A stretch of DNA of 64,000 nucleotides from Epiperipatus broadwayi. Taxonomy: Eukaryota > Animalia > Onychophora. This document shows positions 61,470 through 64,000 of this stretch, piece by piece. How positions within the stretch are numbered: position 1 is the stretch's first letter; each line of letters begins with the position of its first letter. Under the pieces are notes generated by a model. That model worked only from the letters and a program-made list of their open reading frames with translations, had not been told where the DNA came from and searched no databases. The stretch lies in contig JAQFVV010000005.1 in assembly GCA_028023455.1 (NCBI GenBank), positions 12,028,001-12,092,000 of the forward strand, read 5' to 3'. The position numbers were made by a program, and so were the translations under genes.

Positions 61470-62372
61470 ATTCAAGATCAATTCTGAATCAGCAGATGTC
61501 AGGGGTCTAATAAATTTTGGTTAAAAATAATTAAAGACAAGAAGATCAACAATAAAATTAGTAAGCTGAGTCAATGTGAATGTTAGAAGAGGACCAAATG
61601 TAGTTCAATTCCCTTGCTTGTATCAAGGAAATGCAGTGATCCAAATTAACTATGTTAATAAGAGCAATAATAAAATAATTTAGAAATTAATTGCCACCCA
61701 TGGACCACTATGATCATTCGTGTTGGATAACAAATCATTTTCATCTAAGCAATTCAAGTAATTCTGCCAATAGAACGATTTAATTTATTACAATCTCATC
61801 ATTCCATCCTGAAAGTAATGGACAGATAGAATGAGTGATCTAAAATATTAAAGGAAGCTTATAGAAAGGTTACAAAGTTGATAAGCCAATTCAATTAGCA
61901 AAGACGCTATTTGTTCAGTACACAAATTCATCTATTGTTCACGGTATGATCACGCAGAAATGATGTTTGGAAAAAAATTAAGGATATATGCAGGATGTCA
62001 GAGCATTTGTATACAGAGAAAAATTTGATCTACCATGGAAATTTGCAACTGAATCCAGAGCTCTATGTAGCATGTATCCAATTTGGAAACGGGTATCTGC
62101 TACTGTCATCATTAATAAAGTAATATACTAGGCAACATTGAGAATGCAAAAGGGCTAAAGCCACAGACATCATCAAGAACAGCTATACTCTGATCACAAT
62201 CGTTGAAATGCAATTGTAAGAAAAATTCACCAATTCACCAATATGAACTAGAAAAATAGGATATTCAAGAAAGTAACCAACCTGAAAGTATACCTCCAGT
62301 GACAGAAAGGATAACATCAGTCTGAGAAGCAAAAGAATTGAAAAGTTACCGAAATATTTGCATAACTATGAG
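61470..62372 (+). pseudogene. Protease and integrase remnants with RT/RNase H missing
   Basis: VPIIFKINSESADV (decayed protease site) is followed within ~250 bp by LDNKSFSSKQFK, FHPESNGQIE and AEMMFGKKLR, and ends KLPKYLHNY. Confidence 0.65.
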
Positions 62373-64000
62373 CGTGCTCCATATATTAAAGACACTAGTG
62401 AAAACTGATTTGGATATTAACTACCAGTACAAATTTTGGTAGAGGAGAATAAAAAATTTCATCTAGAGGAAAAAATGTTATAGAGTGTATGCATATCTGC
62501 AAACAAATAGATAATGGTGTATTAATAATCCTTTCTATCAAATATATATACTATAGTTTTAATGTAGTAAGAAATAATGTATTTAAATATTGTCGCAAAC
62601 ATAAAAACATAAAACATGCTTTGTCTCAGGAAGAACATATAGTTATAGGTATTGTTTATTATTTAATTAATTATAAGCAATTAATGAATAAGTAAGCACT
62701 CATAAGAAGAGAATTTCCATGTGATTGGAGAAATAAGGATGATTGTCAGTTGAATTCTTACAAATTCTATAAATAATACATGAAGAGGGTTGGAAACCCA
62801 AGATTACAAATATGGCATCAAGATGATAACAGCTTAACAGCAGCTAGGAAATTAAAACGTATCAAAGGCGGCAAGATGTCTAAGAAGTGCAGTATCAACA
62901 AGACTGAAGTCAATTGAAGAATCATGGGGAAGCTCATCTGATTAATGAAGCTCGTAAGAAACACAAAACAAGAACCACTAGAAGTTACATGGCAAAAGCC
63001 CATGCCAGCGAATATAAAGAAACCATATGATCACTAATAATATATATATATAAAGTATATTAATTATGTATTTACTACTTGATAGGCAGAAGACTGAAGA
63101 AATGCATTGGCATGCTCAAACCATGCAATGGTCGAGACTAGCAGAATCCAAGCAGGAGTAGTTAGGATAGCCATTTAGCAGCATAACCAATCAACTAATC
63201 CAACCAAACAACAAGCTTACCATCAGTTATTGATGCAGACACACTGAAGGTAACTAAGTAGCCATTATTTATTAATTAATAAAGTTGTGACTATGTGCAA
63301 CAATTATTAATTAATCTGAAATAAAATGTATAAATGTAAATAATTTATTGCAACCATTATTTGATATATCAATAAATAATTGAAATAGATATGACTTGTT
63401 GGATATCATTTACAATTCTCGGAAAGCAACAGTTAGGATAATAGAAATTGCCAAAGAATAGGAAGCTAGACTAATGGTATTCTTTATACTACTTATACTA
63501 ATAATACTAATAAGAAATGTGTCAAGATACTGATAACATGTTTTATTTTATATAATTATTTCTGATACAAATCATTTTTTTATATAAATATATTACATTT
63601 GCTTTAAAAATGTTTATTGAGTTGTTTATAAAATATATTGTATATGTATATATTTTTAGGAATTCATAAAAAATTATGTAACGGTTAATTAAATTAAACT
63701 TGGTACACGATTTAATTCATTGATACATTCCATGTGTTTACATAAGTGTACATAGTCCTAAAAAATTAAAAATATATTTATAAATGTTAATAATCATAAA
63801 ATTTAACATAAATTTCAAATAATAAAAATAGAAAATACTTCAAATTTATCAAGACAGGAAAATAGTTAACAAATGTGAATCAGCATCAAAAAATAAATAC
63901 TGGGATATAAATATTTAAAAAAATTAAAATTTAGATACCTTTTAAAAACATAGTATACAAGGACTAGCATAGATGCAACTTGCATGTATAATAGTAATCA

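Larger units (their letters stand above)
60034..63039 (+). mobile_element. Old Mag-clade Ty3/Gypsy relic, internally deleted
   Basis: Diverged direct repeats at ~60034-60406 and ~62638-63039 (CACTCATAAGAA, TTGTCAGTTGAAT, CAAGATTACAAA, AACAAGACTGAA), with a PBS, gag, protease and integrase remnants between. Confidence 0.72.

Noticed and set aside
63075-63150. CTGAAGA...GAGACTAGC hammerhead-like stretch
   Set aside because: GAAA is absent and helix I cannot be formed.

Overview
Very AT-rich eukaryotic (probably invertebrate animal) DNA made almost entirely of transposable elements and their relics. I found no intact protein-coding gene, rRNA, tRNA or CRISPR array. 0.6-16.6 kb is a triple-nested LTR-retrotransposon stack. 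An old non-autonomous element (598-16577, ATAT TSD) carries a 3.4-kb solo LTR (682-4047, ATAT TSD) in its left LTR and a decayed Ty3/Gypsy element (5491-13665, minus strand, GTGT TSD) in its internal region. 24.4-30.8 kb is a ~6.4-kb Foldback-like inverted-repeat element with nested palindromes and a 2.2-kb TIR insertion. 33.6-35.4 kb is a non-autonomous MULE with a perfect 9-bp TSD. 39.1-46.3 kb is a hammerhead-ribozyme hotspot. It holds three insertions of a ~410-440-bp retrozyme-like repeat, with six full-length minimal type I hammerhead motifs, each insertion built as a divergent inverted pair. It also holds two Penelope-like GIY-YIG endonuclease fragments, each followed by a hammerhead-like motif in which the canonical C3-G8 core pair is replaced by A3-U8. 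The rest is RTE and other LINE relics, a mariner relic, a 3.0-kb solo LTR (50961-53961, ATAT TSD), a Merlin transposase fragment and an old Mag-clade Gypsy relic (60.0-63.0 kb). All alignments, identities and structures were read by eye, and boundaries of degenerate relics are approximate.
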